A stretch of DNA of 64,000 nucleotides from an uncultured Methanomicrobiales archaeon (GCA_963697895.1 OY969100.1:1952001-2016000), one strand, 5' to 3'. Numbered from the stretch's first letter, positions 1 through 10,237 are shown. Notes: generated from the letters alone by a model not told the origin. Translations and numbers: made by a program.

Positions 1-161
1 GGGGAAGAATCGATCAAGACGTGGTGCCCGGATGTTTCAATAAGGAGTGATGTTCGGAGACGCTCAGCACCGGTCCGCTGTGCTTCCATGCACTGTTTAC
101 AAGAACAGCCGATTTTGGGAGTCCCTATGGCATCCCCGGTCCCGAGCAGTGTAACCTTCAT
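1..161 (-). CDS. MBL-fold metallo-hydrolase, PhnP-like (5' part only; runs off the window start)
   Basis: Manual translation from ATG at 161: MKVTLLGTGDAIGTPKIGCSCKQC...RLRTSLLIETSGHHVLIDSSP, the LLGTG...P..GC.C..C N-terminus of the PhnP family; not in the ORF track. Confidence 0.85.
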   Translation of the reverse strand, partial: MKVTLLGTGDAIGTPKIGCSCKQCMEAQRTGAERLRTSLLIETSGHHVLIDSS

Positions 162-162
162 C

Positions 163-1437
163 CTATAACCAGTTCAGACGTCTGATTGTGTTCCGGTTCT
201 CGACCGCCAGGATTCCTCGCTCGATATCGTCCGGTCCGATCTCCTGGCTGTCCTTCATCATGGCCGACAATATGGCCTCTTTGATCATCATCCGCAGATC
301 AGCGCCGGAAAATCCTTCGGTCCGTGCAGCAAGGGCGCGGTGATCGCACGTGCAGGAGAGATGTTCTGTGATCTTTATGATGATCTCCTTGCGCATCTCC
401 TCGTTTGGAATACCGAATTCGACGACTTCATCGAACCGACGCCAGGCTGCCTCATCGAGCAGCTGCGGGTGGTTGGTTGCCCCGATGAGGAGCACGCGAT
501 TTTTGATCAGATTGATCTGGTCGATATTTTTCAGAAGAGCGTTTACCGCCCGTTTCATCGCCCCATGGTCGTCCGTCATCCGGCTCTTCCCGACATAATC
601 GAATTCGTCGATAAAAAGGATGCAGGGGGCTAATTTTTTGGCTAAATCAAAAATACGGTCGATATTCTTGGAAGTCTCTCCCAGGTACTGCGATGTGATC
701 ATGGAGAGGCGGACCTCCAGTAAGGGAAGGTGGAGTTCCCGTGATAATGCAAGGGCAAGTGAGGTCTTTCCCGTCCCCGGTGGGCCGACGAAGAGTAGTT
801 TTCCGACCTCGTGGATACGATGCCTGAGGAGGATCTCACGGTTCCTGCTTGCAACTTTTATCTTCGCGATCACATCCAGCTGTTCCCGGGTGAGAACAAT
901 ATCCCGGATCTCCTGCTCAACCTCTTCCGGTGCACTGATGATAATCAGGTCGAGGGCACCGCGGAGTTTTTCGTCTTCGCCGACAAGATGAGAGATCTTC
1001 GCATCCATGAAAACCCGGGAATCTTCAAATTGTGGATTCGCTTCCCGGACGGCGACATATGCAATATCCAGTGAATCAAATTTTTCAAAGAAAAATGCGA
1101 GCGTGGGGTTCTTTCCGATCAGCTGGACTCCTCCTTTTTTCAGAAACCACCTTGCTGCCGGTTCGAGGGTAGTAACATGGATACGCTGACCGAATTCCTC
1201 ACATTTCACCACAGGGTTATCTTTGATCTTCTGGCAGGCATCCGCGATCCCCAGCGTACGCCTGACAGACCCTTCACTCACCGTCAGCGGCCGTTTAATC
1301 TCTGGCGAGGTACCTGCACCGAAAAGCTCCCTGCAGGATGGCGTGAGGTCATTGATGTCAAGATTCGGATGCTGATTGAATATCTCTGCGGTGAGGAGCA
1401 CTTCCATCAGTTTCAGGCTCTCATCTTCTCCGGACAT
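163..1437 (-). CDS. AAA+ ATPase
   Basis: Walker A GPPGTGKT, Walker B ILFIDEFD, SRH motif ATNHPQLLDEAAWRRFD. Confidence 0.92.
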   Translation of the reverse strand: MSGEDESLKLMEVLLTAEIFNQHPNLDINDLTPSCRELFGAGTSPEIKRPLTVSEGSVRRTLGIADACQKIKDNPVVKCEEFGQRIHVTTLEPAARWFLKKGGVQLIGKNPTLAFFFEKFDSLDIAYVAVREANPQFEDSRVFMDAKISHLVGEDEKLRGALDLIIISAPEEVEQEIRDIVLTREQLDVIAKIKVASRNREILLRHRIHEVGKLLFVGPPGTGKTSLALALSRELHLPLLEVRLSMITSQYLGETSKNIDRIFDLAKKLAPCILFIDEFDYVGKSRMTDDHGAMKRAVNALLKNIDQINLIKNRVLLIGATNHPQLLDEAAWRRFDEVVEFGIPNEEMRKEIIIKITEHLSCTCDHRALAARTEGFSGADLRMMIKEAILSAMMKDSQEIGPDDIERGILAVENRNTIRRLNWL

Positions 1438-1482
1438 GACTGTAACCTAAGCTATAGCCTCTCGGATTGCATAAGGGTATCC

Positions 1483-2358
1483 CTACCGGGTGGTAACGGT
1501 ACATCCGTCACCGGTTACGATGATCGTGTGCTCGTGCTGAGAAACAAGTGAACCGGGCAGATCTGCCAGAACGGGATATGCGTGGAGTACCTGTGAGCGG
1601 ACCAGTAAGGAGATTGCAACATCCATTTTATCTTCCGGCAGCCATCTTCTGGCAAAGGGCATGCCATGCCGGTCCCGTATCGATTCGAGGACTTTTCGCG
1701 CGGATGCAAGCCGGACGGGCTTGATCGCGATCTGCTGAAATATTTCAACCCGTTTTCGTTCACTGACCCGACCGCTCCCGGTGCTAGCGAAGGGCTCTAT
1801 TGCAAAAACCATCCCTTCTTGAAGAACGGCGCCTCCGGTAATCCCGACATTCGGGATATTCGGAGGGCAATGGATTACATACTGGTCCAGCCCGTGACCC
1901 GTAAGGTTTGCGACCGGATGATATCCCCTCTGTTCGATCTGCAGCTGTATGACAGCTCCCAGCTGACCCACGGTCACTCCGGGCCGGACAAGATCGATCG
2001 CGCACGCGAGGGCCTGTTCCGATGCTTCAAGCAGAAGGTGGTTGCTGCCGAGGTCGATGGTAGTCGCCGTGTCTGCGATATAACCATCGAGATGCACGCC
2101 AAGGTCGAGCTTGACTACATCTCCTTTCTGGAATTCGCGTATATCTCCTACCGAGGCTGTATCATGTGCGGCGTTCTCATTAAGGGAGAGGTTGAGAGGA
2201 AATGCAAGTCCGGCCCCTTCCCCGGCGACCAGATCCTCAACAAAATCCACCACTTCCCGGTAAGAAGCCCCGATTCGAACTTCCCTTGATCCTTTACTAA
2301 GAATATTTCCGGCGATCCTACCGGCTTCAAAGTATTTATCGACAATTTCGTCATTCAT
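1483..2358 (-). CDS. map: Type II methionine aminopeptidase
   Basis: AFPLNLSLNENAAH, KLDLGVHLDGYIADTATT, NLTGHGL, AIEPF, SQHEHT motifs. Confidence 0.95.
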   Translation of the reverse strand: MNDEIVDKYFEAGRIAGNILSKGSREVRIGASYREVVDFVEDLVAGEGAGLAFPLNLSLNENAAHDTASVGDIREFQKGDVVKLDLGVHLDGYIADTATTIDLGSNHLLLEASEQALACAIDLVRPGVTVGQLGAVIQLQIEQRGYHPVANLTGHGLDQYVIHCPPNIPNVGITGGAVLQEGMVFAIEPFASTGSGRVSERKRVEIFQQIAIKPVRLASARKVLESIRDRHGMPFARRWLPEDKMDVAISLLVRSQVLHAYPVLADLPGSLVSQHEHTIIVTGDGCTVTTR

Positions 2359-3482
2359 AGGACAAACTCTCGGGGAAAACGAGTAATCAGGTCAAAACCG
2401 TTATTGATAACCGCACCGATGTTCTCAAGGCGGACACCCCCGATCTCTTCATAGTAAAGCCCCGGTTCCACGGTCACGACATTTCCGGCAGTGAGCGCGC
2501 TTCCACCGGGACCGACCGATGGCTGTTCATGTACTTCAAGCCCGACCCCATGTCCGAGGCTGTGAATAAAGCCCACTTTACCGCTCTCAAACCCATGTTC
2601 ATGGAAGAACTCCACAACCGCCTGGTGCACATCCTGACCGGTAGTCCCGCCTCTGATAAGCGACTGTCCAAGGTCCTGAGCTTCAAGCACTGCATGGTAC
2701 ATTTCCACAAGCTTCTCATCGGGTTCTCCTTTCGCGACCGTTCTGGTCATATCCGAATAGTATCCGGTCATATCGGCCTGCGGAAAGATATCGAGAACAA
2801 TCGGCTCATCGACGCGGAGCGGGCCAGTCCCGAGCACGTGCGGGATCGCAGTCTCTTTTCCGCAGGAAACGATCGTGTCAACCGCATGGCACCCCGCATT
2901 CATCAGTGCTTTATGCATCTCCGCCCGGACCATTTCTGAGGTGAGGGGGGCATTTTTATGGAAAAGAATCTCACCATGTGGGGTTGCATTCCGGATGAAT
3001 TTGATAGCAACCTTAATTGCAGATTCTGCAGCACCTTGGACGACCCGGATCTGGTCGATCTCGGCGCTTGTCTTCACTGCGCGGATTGTTCTTACCGTGT
3101 CTGGATCAATGGCAACCCGCCCCAGTGATTCAAGATCATGCCCAAGCCGGTAGGGAAACGACGGAGGAACCAGAACGTCCCCGCCGACGAGTCGCGAGAT
3201 CGTCAGTGCAAGTGCCATTCCGGGATCGGGCTGTTCTTTCAGAATATCGAGAAGACCGGATTCTGCCCGGGTTATCACCGTTGCAATGGATTCTTTTTCC
3301 GCACGTGCTCGCTCCATTTGCCCGACGATGATCCGGCCCGTTTCACCGGCCAGTTTAATGTATACAACCGGGTCTTCCGTCCTGAAATGGGTGAGATATC
3401 GCACATCCGGATTAGAAGAGGAACCAACCGCCACGTATCCTTTCGTTCCCGTGGCCTCCATGATATGATCCAGCTCGATCAT
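2355..3482 (-). CDS. Xaa-Pro aminopeptidase (M24B family)
   Basis: GYYSDMTRT, FIHSLGHGVGLEVHE, VTVEPGLY, GGVRLEN. Confidence 0.93.
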   Translation of the reverse strand: MIELDHIMEATGTKGYVAVGSSSNPDVRYLTHFRTEDPVVYIKLAGETGRIIVGQMERARAEKESIATVITRAESGLLDILKEQPDPGMALALTISRLVGGDVLVPPSFPYRLGHDLESLGRVAIDPDTVRTIRAVKTSAEIDQIRVVQGAAESAIKVAIKFIRNATPHGEILFHKNAPLTSEMVRAEMHKALMNAGCHAVDTIVSCGKETAIPHVLGTGPLRVDEPIVLDIFPQADMTGYYSDMTRTVAKGEPDEKLVEMYHAVLEAQDLGQSLIRGGTTGQDVHQAVVEFFHEHGFESGKVGFIHSLGHGVGLEVHEQPSVGPGGSALTAGNVVTVEPGLYYEEIGGVRLENIGAVINNGFDLITRFPREFVL

Positions 3483-3543
3483 GTGTATTCATGGGCGTGT
3501 GACCACAAGTACTTTTTTTATCTGGAAGCCGACTAGTGTGTGA

Positions 3544-3786
3544 ATGGATGAGGCAGTAAAGGAACGGTTTAAATGGAAATTTTTCGGGCTGGTCGCCCTT
3601 CTCAACCTCATTGTACTCCTGCTCGCAGGAGCGGTAATCGCGTACCTTCTCGTGCCGCCCCTATTCGGGGCCTGGATTGCAATCCTGCTCATAGTAATAT
3701 CTGTCCTGCTCATTATTCCCTTTATACGAATGTACCGGAGGACACAAGTCTGGCTGGATGAACATGGAGGAGAAAAAAATACATGA
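3544..3786 (+). CDS. Small two-TM membrane protein
   Basis: Two hydrophobic segments; overlaps the start of the next ORF. Confidence 0.7.
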   Translation: MDEAVKERFKWKFFGLVALLNLIVLLLAGAVIAYLLVPPLFGAWIAILLIVISVLLIIPFIRMYRRTQVWLDEHGGEKNT

Positions 3787-4108
3787 GCCGGATCGCCCCC
3801 GGGGTCGGGATCAGGCGATGCTTGAACAAGTAAACCACGAGATATATCTGCTGTCCAGGCATCTTCTGGTGGTGAAGGCAGTTGTCAGGGACCAGCCCAT
3901 CGGAATCATGAAGCTTTCAGAACTCCTCGATCTTCCCTTCCATCGGATCCGCTATTCACTCCGGGTCCTGGAGCAGCTGGGATATATCCAGGCGTCTCCT
4001 GCAGGGGCGGTAGCGACACGCCGGGCAAAAGAACTGCTCCTGAATCTCAATGAAGACCTCGATCAGCTCATCGATCATCTGGAATCGATGAAGGAAGAAG
4101 CTTCATGA
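3764..4108 (+). CDS. Winged-helix DNA-binding protein
   Basis: QPIGIMKLSELLDLPFHRIRYSLRVLEQLGYIQASPAGA, a wHTH pattern. Confidence 0.8.
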   Translation: MEEKKIHEPDRPRGRDQAMLEQVNHEIYLLSRHLLVVKAVVRDQPIGIMKLSELLDLPFHRIRYSLRVLEQLGYIQASPAGAVATRRAKELLLNLNEDLDQLIDHLESMKEEAS

Positions 4109-4212
4109 ATGAACCCATCGGAGCAAATTGTCACTTGAGAAGGAGAATGCAGGGAATCCGAACGCTATCTTTAAAAGGACTTACAAAGAATACAATAAGG
4201 CACAATGGGTGT

Positions 4213-4285
4213 GCCGCCATAACTCAGTTGGTAGAGTGGCTGGCTGTTAACCAGCATGTCACAGGTTCGAGTCCTGTTGGCGGCG
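4213..4285 (+). tRNA. tRNA-Asn (GTT)
   Basis: GCCGCCA acceptor stem, anticodon arm CTGG-CTGTTAA-CCAG, T-loop GTTCGAGTC. Confidence 0.97.
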
Positions 4286-4298
4286 CTAGTGAACTTTT

Positions 4299-4373
4299 GG
4301 GCCCGTAGCTTAGTCTGGTTAGAGCGCCCGGCTCATAACCGGGCGGTCATGCGTTCGAATCGCATCGGGCCCA
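4299..4373 (+). tRNA. tRNA with CAT anticodon, most likely tRNA-Ile2 (agmatidine-modified C34, reads AUA)
   Basis: Cloverleaf with CCCGG-CTCATAA-CCGGG; acceptor stem GGGCCCG identical to, and body very similar to, tRNA-Ile(GAT) at 16368-16441. Confidence 0.9.
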
Positions 4374-4431
4374 TTCTCTCTGCCTATGCATTTCTCGAAA
4401 GATTAGTAAGGGGAGCATACAAGATTCACGT

Positions 4432-5460
4432 ATGAGATGCCCGGTATGTGGCGGAGATTGCGTCACAGAGGCGCGTGAGATTCTCGAACTGGTTCCCGGT
4501 ATCTTCTCTCCCTGCCCTGGTTGCCGAGGGAGAATTCTCGACAAGCGTCTTCCCCTTGCCGACTTGTCCTTCGAAACGCCGTGCACTTGTGGCAAGCGGT
4601 ATATCGATGAGGTTTTTGCTCAGATCTACGTGATTATGATCGAGAGTGGGAATCTTGCCGGAACCGATCCGCTCAAAGCAGTCGGCATGCCGCTTGTACA
4701 CCCGGGGTTCGTCATGCAGGATCCGCCATATCTTCCCAAACAATCGTTGGTGCTCCTCTCCCCGCGGGTGACGCCGGAAACTGCGGGGCGGATTGTTCGG
4801 GAGGTGCCGGAAGTCAGAGGGGTGGTAAGGAGCGGAGATTTCGTGCCGGGGGTTCTCAATACAGATCTCACCCGGCCACCGGCGGTATATGAACTTCTTT
4901 CGGGGTGCGATGTTAGGGCGGATATATTTCGTTCTACGCAGGGATCACTGGTTCTGTATAAGCAGCAGTCGCTGATTCACATAGAGTTCCCACGGAGTTC
5001 GAACCCGAAGATTGTCGGGGTCGAAGAAGCGGTTCATCGTTCCCTGCCGTCCTGGTTTGTCGATGCATGTTCCGGGATAGGGACCCTCGGTCTCACCGCG
5101 GCCATGATGGGGGTTCCTCATGTGGTCCTGAATGATGCATGGTATGCTGCATCATTCTGGGCGGGATATAATCTCTGGGTGAACAGGGAATTCTTCCAGG
5201 TGGATTCGGTGGAAATGCTGCAGAATTATGAAGCAATGAAACAGCATCCGGTCGGGCAGGAGCCGGCCCGGGTCGCGGTTGCATCCGGTGAGCAGGAGAT
5301 CGACGTCTATCAGGGTGATTTCAATGAACTGTACCGCGTGTTGCCGAAGAAACCGGTTCTTGCCGTGATCGACCTCTTTGAAAAGGAAAACCGTGTGGCA
5401 GCGGATCGTATAATGAGAAAATGGAAGGAACATGTGTCCGGCGAGGTATTTATCCCCTAG
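4432..5460 (+). CDS. Uncharacterised protein with N-terminal Cys clusters (Zn-binding) and C-terminal class I SAM-dependent methyltransferase-like domain
   Basis: CPVCGGDC, CPGC, CTCG; motif-I-like FVDACSGIGTLG followed by VVLND. Confidence 0.7.
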   Translation: MRCPVCGGDCVTEAREILELVPGIFSPCPGCRGRILDKRLPLADLSFETPCTCGKRYIDEVFAQIYVIMIESGNLAGTDPLKAVGMPLVHPGFVMQDPPYLPKQSLVLLSPRVTPETAGRIVREVPEVRGVVRSGDFVPGVLNTDLTRPPAVYELLSGCDVRADIFRSTQGSLVLYKQQSLIHIEFPRSSNPKIVGVEEAVHRSLPSWFVDACSGIGTLGLTAAMMGVPHVVLNDAWYAASFWAGYNLWVNREFFQVDSVEMLQNYEAMKQHPVGQEPARVAVASGEQEIDVYQGDFNELYRVLPKKPVLAVIDLFEKENRVAADRIMRKWKEHVSGEVFIP

Positions 5461-5476
5461 TATACCCATATCCTAT

Positions 5477-5784
5477 GGGGACTAGCCCGGGTGGTTCGGC
5501 GTCACCTGTTACCCGAAACCGTCGGTATGCGGGAGGCGAAGTTTGAAGAAGGCCGTTACGAGCTGTCGGATACGGTTGTGTCCTGACGAAGAAACCTCGT
5601 CCCATGAGGCCGGTGGACAGGCATCAAAATCCCGGAGGGGATGGCGACCTGCTGTTGCGGGTACCGGTTGAGGCCCGGAAGGGAGCAGACTTACCGCAGA
5701 CATTCGGCGCCCATGGGGTTGCGGGGCGGAGGAGGGGTGCCTCTGTGATGACAGTCACGTGCGGTCGACCGATAACGCGTCCCC
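5477..5784 (+). ncRNA. ffs: Archaeal signal recognition particle (7S) RNA
   Basis: ~308 nt; ends pair (GGGGAC 5477 / GTCCCC 5784); helix-8 motif GGCCCGGAAGGGAGCA; Alu-like 5' domain. Confidence 0.92.
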
Positions 5785-5797
5785 AATGGTTATTCTC

Positions 5798-6742
5798 ATG
5801 TCAAAGGTCAGTGTAATCGGGGCAACCGGGAATGTTGGCACATTTGCGGCCCATGCCATATCGGAGATCCCCTATGTAAGCGAAATCCTCCTCTGTGGCA
5901 GACCGGGAAGAGAAGAGCTGCTGGACGGGATTGCGCATGACCTGATCGATTCCTTTGCCGCTTGCGGCAATTATACTCAGCTCACCTGGACTACCGATAT
6001 TCAGGATATGCGTAAATCCGATATTGTCGTCTGCACCGCAGGGATTCCCCGGCAGCCTGGACAGGATCGTCTCGATCTCGCGCTCCAAAATGCCCGGATT
6101 GTTGCCGGATTTGCAAAAGATATCGGAACCATCACACCGGAGGCAAAAATTCTGATGGTGACAAATCCGGTCGATGTTATGACATCCGTTGCCCTTAAGT
6201 ATTCGGGAATGGCTCCGGAGCATGTCTTCGGACTGGGCACACATCTCGATTCGATGCGGCTCAAATCCCTCATTGCGACCTATTTCAATGTGCATGTCAG
6301 TGAGGTCCACACCCGGATCATCGGAGAGCATGGAGAAAGCATGGTGCCCCTCTGGTCGGCAACGACCATCGGCGGGATCCAGATCAGTAACCTGCCCGCA
6401 TTCTCGCAGCTTCCCATGCAGGAGATGATCGATTCCGTGAAGAGCAGCGGGGAGCATATCATAATAAAGAAAGGATCGACGGTTTTTGGACCAGGAGAAG
6501 CGATCGCTACTCTTGTGCGGACCGTTCTTGGCAATGAAAACCGTATTCTTACCGTATCGGCCTACATTAAAAGTGAAGTCCACGATATCGGGAATGTCTG
6601 TATCAGTGTCCCCGCGCGGATCAACAGAAAGGGTGCGTTTCCGGTCACCATCAAAATAGACGAGTCAGAAGTTCTTCAGTTCAGGGAGTCTGTGGACAAA
6701 ATCCGAACTATTACCAGTCAGGTCATGAAGAACATCCAATAA
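5798..6742 (+). CDS. mdh: Malate/lactate dehydrogenase family protein
   Basis: VIGATGNVG, AGIPRQPGQDRLDL, VTNPVD, GTHLDSMR, IIGEHGESMVP. Confidence 0.9.
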   Translation: MSKVSVIGATGNVGTFAAHAISEIPYVSEILLCGRPGREELLDGIAHDLIDSFAACGNYTQLTWTTDIQDMRKSDIVVCTAGIPRQPGQDRLDLALQNARIVAGFAKDIGTITPEAKILMVTNPVDVMTSVALKYSGMAPEHVFGLGTHLDSMRLKSLIATYFNVHVSEVHTRIIGEHGESMVPLWSATTIGGIQISNLPAFSQLPMQEMIDSVKSSGEHIIIKKGSTVFGPGEAIATLVRTVLGNENRILTVSAYIKSEVHDIGNVCISVPARINRKGAFPVTIKIDESEVLQFRESVDKIRTITSQVMKNIQ

Positions 6743-6792
6743 TGAAAAAGCCAGGAAACTGGGAGATCGAGTCACGTAAAAAAAAGAATTTT

Positions 6793-7050
6793 CTATGTGA
6801 GTGTTAGCTCTACGATTTCCGCCCTTTCAACGCCCTTTATTGCACCGATCTTATTCTCAATCTGATCGCTTTCACCACCCTTGTCGCTGACCAGTACCGC
6901 GAGTTTCAGAGCCCGCAAACCAAACCCTATCGGCTCCTCCTGAATATCCCTGACCTCAGGCACCTCCTTTCTGATCGCAGCCTTCAATGCTTCCAGGTCT
7001 ACATCGGGCGATTCCGGCATTATTCGTAAAATGAGCGCAACATTACCCAT
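6793..7050 (-). CDS. ef1b: Translation elongation factor 1-beta
   Basis: LRIMPESPDVDLE...EEPIGFGLRAL. Confidence 0.95.
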   Translation of the reverse strand: MGNVALILRIMPESPDVDLEALKAAIRKEVPEVRDIQEEPIGFGLRALKLAVLVSDKGGESDQIENKIGAIKGVERAEIVELTLT

Positions 7051-7053
7051 AAT

Positions 7054-7215
7054 TTACGGGCCTCCGAATCCACATTTCGGACAGGTGTATGCGATGCTCT
7101 GTTCTCTGCACCGGTAACACCGGCGAATCTCCGAATGACATACCGGACAACCGAACTCACAGGCTCCTTCCTCGGCGAGTGGGGCATTGCAGGATGTACA
7201 CGATTTACTTGACAT
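7054..7215 (-). CDS. Small double Zn-ribbon protein (53 aa; HVO_2753-like)
   Basis: Manual translation MSSKSCTSCNAPLAEEGACEFGCPVCHSEIRRCYRCREQSIAYTCPKCGFGGP; position upstream of ef1b is typical; below the ORF-track length cutoff. Confidence 0.88.
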   Translation of the reverse strand: MSSKSCTSCNAPLAEEGACEFGCPVCHSEIRRCYRCREQSIAYTCPKCGFGGP

Positions 7216-7262
7216 GAATATACTCCATTGAACGATTCCTTATAATCTCTTCCCGGGAACAC

Positions 7263-7849
7263 TTAAAAGCTGGCACTGACCACAGTTCCCGGCGTTTGTT
7301 CCCCGCGAAGTACCGCGTTCACTCTTTCAATAAACCGGCCGTTTACAATCGTTGTGAACACGTTATTCCGGAGGACAAAGGGGATGAGACAGGGGTCTAC
7401 TTCGCTGCAGCAGAGAGGGTCACTAACATGCCGCAGGAGAGTTCCTCCTGATCTGATCCCATCTACGGATTTGAGAAGAATAAGCGGCTTTCCGAGTCGA
7501 TGAGCCACCCATGCGGCGATCGTATCGGATGTCACGTCCCACCGGTGAGGTAAGGGATCATCCCTGCGTAAGGCGGCATAGGGAAGGAACACCTTCACAT
7601 CATCCGGTTCACTCAGTTCAGTGGTGGTATTCATCCCATGAGCCGATATATACCAGCCATATTGCTCCATGGCTGCAATGGCCATCCAGTGTGCAGGGTC
7701 ATCACCGATGCTACAATGCCGGACCTCTTCTGCGAACCTCCCTCCGCCGGGGATAATGAGAAGAGGGCGTGCCTGTCTCATGAGAACCGGAATCAATGTC
7801 GGGATCATCCCCATCAAGCTCCCCCCAATTTTACAACGTACGGCTCCAT
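7263..7849 (-). CDS. Amino-acid-kinase-family protein, probable methanofuran biosynthesis kinase MfnE (apparent 1-nt deletion near the N-terminus)
   Basis: IIPGGGRFAE, AHWMAIAAMEQYG, LPHRWDVTSDTIA, LLKSVDGI; the expected VVK(L/I)GGSL start is restored by one extra base in the C6 run at 7821-7826 or the adjacent T4 run. Confidence 0.75.
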
Positions 7850-7901
7850 CATCACCGGATCTTTTTCATCAGGTTAATGTCCTAGCGACTAAATCTTTTC
7901 T

Positions 7902-9570
7902 ATGCGTCTGATCACCCTCATTTTTTGCCTTTTTCTCCTTATTCCCGCTGCATCGGCGTTAGCCCTGGTGGAGTGCTGTCCCGATCCCTATCTCCCGGAA
8001 GACCCCGATGAATACGTAGTACTGGAGGGAAACGGAACACTGGAAGGAGTGACGGTCTCTGATGGGGAAGGTGGGTTCCGGTTCCCGCCCGGGACAGAAA
8101 TCCAGGGCCGTCTCACTATCGCCAGGAATGGGGATGCATACCGGTTAAGTCATGGCGAGTATCCCGATTATGAATGGTACGATACCTTACCTGAAGTTCC
8201 GGATGTGATACGTGGAGGGACGCTCCGGCTGGGAAATACGAATGACAACCTCCAGCTCTTTGTAGACGGTCACCTTCAACAGGAGGTTGCCTGGCCACAG
8301 GATGTAAAACCCCGAGAAGGGCAGGTACATTTTTTCGAGGATAATACCTGGGATCCGAGAGTTTTTCTTATCGGGCAATCGGCATTCGATACGCAGACCT
8401 ATGAGAATGTTTCGGGTATCGCATTCGTCTCTCCAGACTGCTCCTCCGATGTGTACGAAGAGGTGATCGATGAATCGAGTGAGCGGCTCCTGGTGAATGT
8501 TTACGAATTCACACACCCTGGAATGGCAGATGCGTTCATCCGCGCCCATGACCGGGGGGTTTCGGTCACCGTCCTCCTCGAAGGGGGGCCCGTCGGGGGG
8601 ATCAGCCCTGAAGAGAAAGCAATATGCTGGAAGATGAACCAGAGCGGAATTCCCGTATTCCAGATGACTACCCTCGGTGGAGTTCACGCACCGTACCGTT
8701 ACAATCACGCTAAATACATCGTAGCTGATACCCGGAGCCTATTAATCACCAGTGAAAACTTTAAAGAAAGCGGATTCCCGGAACCCGGAGAGGGTGGGAA
8801 CCGCGGATGGGGAGTTTACCTCGAGAGCGTACCGGTTGCGGAGTATTTTACCCGTGTATTCGAATATGATACCGGGGGTGGCTGGATTGCTCCCCTTCCC
8901 GGCATATCGGGAACGGCTGAAGATAGTTATCATGAGAACCGCCAGGTGGAGTTCCGTCCGGAGAGGTTTTCCGGGGCAGAGGTGACCCCGGTCCTGTCTC
9001 CCGATACCAGCGGATTGGTGCTCCGGCTGGTTGAATCCGCAGAGAAGACCATCGACATAGAGGAAGCCTATATCAGCAATACATCCAGCCAGGAGTTAAA
9101 CCCGTATCTCGGGGCTGCGATCAACGCTTCGAGACGCGGGGTCAATGTCCGGGTACTTCTCGACTCGTACTGGTTCAATGTGGAAGATGAGAATGACAAT
9201 GACGAGATGGTTAGCTATATCAACCACATTGCACGGGTAGAAAAGTTGCCGCTTGAAGCCCGGTGTGCCGGACTTGATGCGGCAGGTCTTGAGAAGATCC
9301 ACAATAAAGGCGTGATCGTTGACGGTGAACAGGTTCTCATCAGCAGCATCAACTGGAATACGAACTCGCCAACCTTCAACCGGGAAGCCGGAGTCATCAT
9401 CGCTCATCCGGGGGTGGCCCGGTATTTCGGCCGGGTATTTGAAGACTGACTGGAAAGCATCATCAGGATCGGGATCGGCGGATAATCCGATTGATTATTT
9501 GAAGATAGGTCTTACAATTGGGGCAGTACTTCTCCTGATCCTGTTCTTTGTCTACCGGAGGACCCGGTGA
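7902..9570 (+). CDS. Secreted/membrane-anchored phospholipase D family protein (two HKD motifs), apparent +1 frameshift near 9445
   Basis: Signal peptide; HAKYIVAD and HNKGVIVD; C-terminus ...DWKAS...TM-RRTR continues in the +1 frame to 9570. Confidence 0.85.
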
Positions 9571-9677
9571 GGACGGGTGAGAAGCCCTCTCTTTGGGTCC
9601 CGGGACTTACCGCTACATGGATAATACCCATCCGTATGATATGATACGGTAATCACCCGGATGGAGGAAATGAAAAA

Positions 9678-9986
9678 TCAGGATTTCTTCATCGTGCATC
9701 TGCAGATGTCGCAGAGCGTGATGTTAGAGTCCTGGCCAAGTACTGCAAATGCCCAGCGATCAATAAGTGCATTCAGATCGTCGGAGATCACAATTCCTGA
9801 ATCCCCGCGTTTCTTACTCATGTACTGTGAGATGGCTGCTCTACTGATGCCTAACCTCTTCGCTGCGTCGCTCTGGCTGATCCCCTGGTTTTGGACCAGC
9901 CGGTATACCATCTCGGCACGCATACTAGGGAGGTATTTGCGGACCATGGAATCACATACCATGATATCGCACGGCACCTCCCTCAT
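9678..9986 (-). CDS. HTH transcriptional regulator with Cys motifs
   Basis: PCDIMV...LPSMRAEMVYRL...ISQSDAAKRLGISRAAISQYMSKKRG...LCDICRC. Confidence 0.85.
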   Translation of the reverse strand: MREVPCDIMVCDSMVRKYLPSMRAEMVYRLVQNQGISQSDAAKRLGISRAAISQYMSKKRGDSGIVISDDLNALIDRWAFAVLGQDSNITLCDICRCTMKKS

Positions 9987-10213
9987 GCAGCCACCGAATG
10001 AGGTGCTCTGTTCTGGTAAATGATCTGGCGTGCATCCCTGAAGTTGAATTTCTCAATGATGAGATGATTCTCCTTCAGTTTCTTTAATGCATACCGCACG
10101 GTTCGAGGTGCGAGGTTGCTCTTTTTGACGATCTCTTTATGCGTCATTGCACCTCCCTCGTCCAGCAGGTGCAGGACGGTCTTGGATGATGGCGGAAGGC
10201 TCACTTCTTGCAT
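9983..10213 (-). CDS. Small winged-helix transcriptional regulator
   Basis: LPPSSKTVL...MTHKEIVKKSNLAPRTVRYALKKL...DARQIIY. Confidence 0.85.
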   Translation of the reverse strand: MQEVSLPPSSKTVLHLLDEGGAMTHKEIVKKSNLAPRTVRYALKKLKENHLIIEKFNFRDARQIIYQNRAPHSVAA

Positions 10214-10220
10214 ACTCTAT

Positions 10221-10237
10221 TGTTAACGCTGTTAACA
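10221..10237. promoter_or_regulatory. Palindromic operator candidate TGTTAAC-N3-GTTAACA
   Basis: Perfect 7-bp inverted repeat between a minus-strand TATA-like TTTAAG (~10238-10243) and the start of the two-HTH operon. Confidence 0.6.

Noticed and set aside
5477-5784. GC-rich structured intergenic region as a novel ncRNA
   Set aside because: Explained by the known archaeal SRP RNA (helix-8 motif, length, paired ends)
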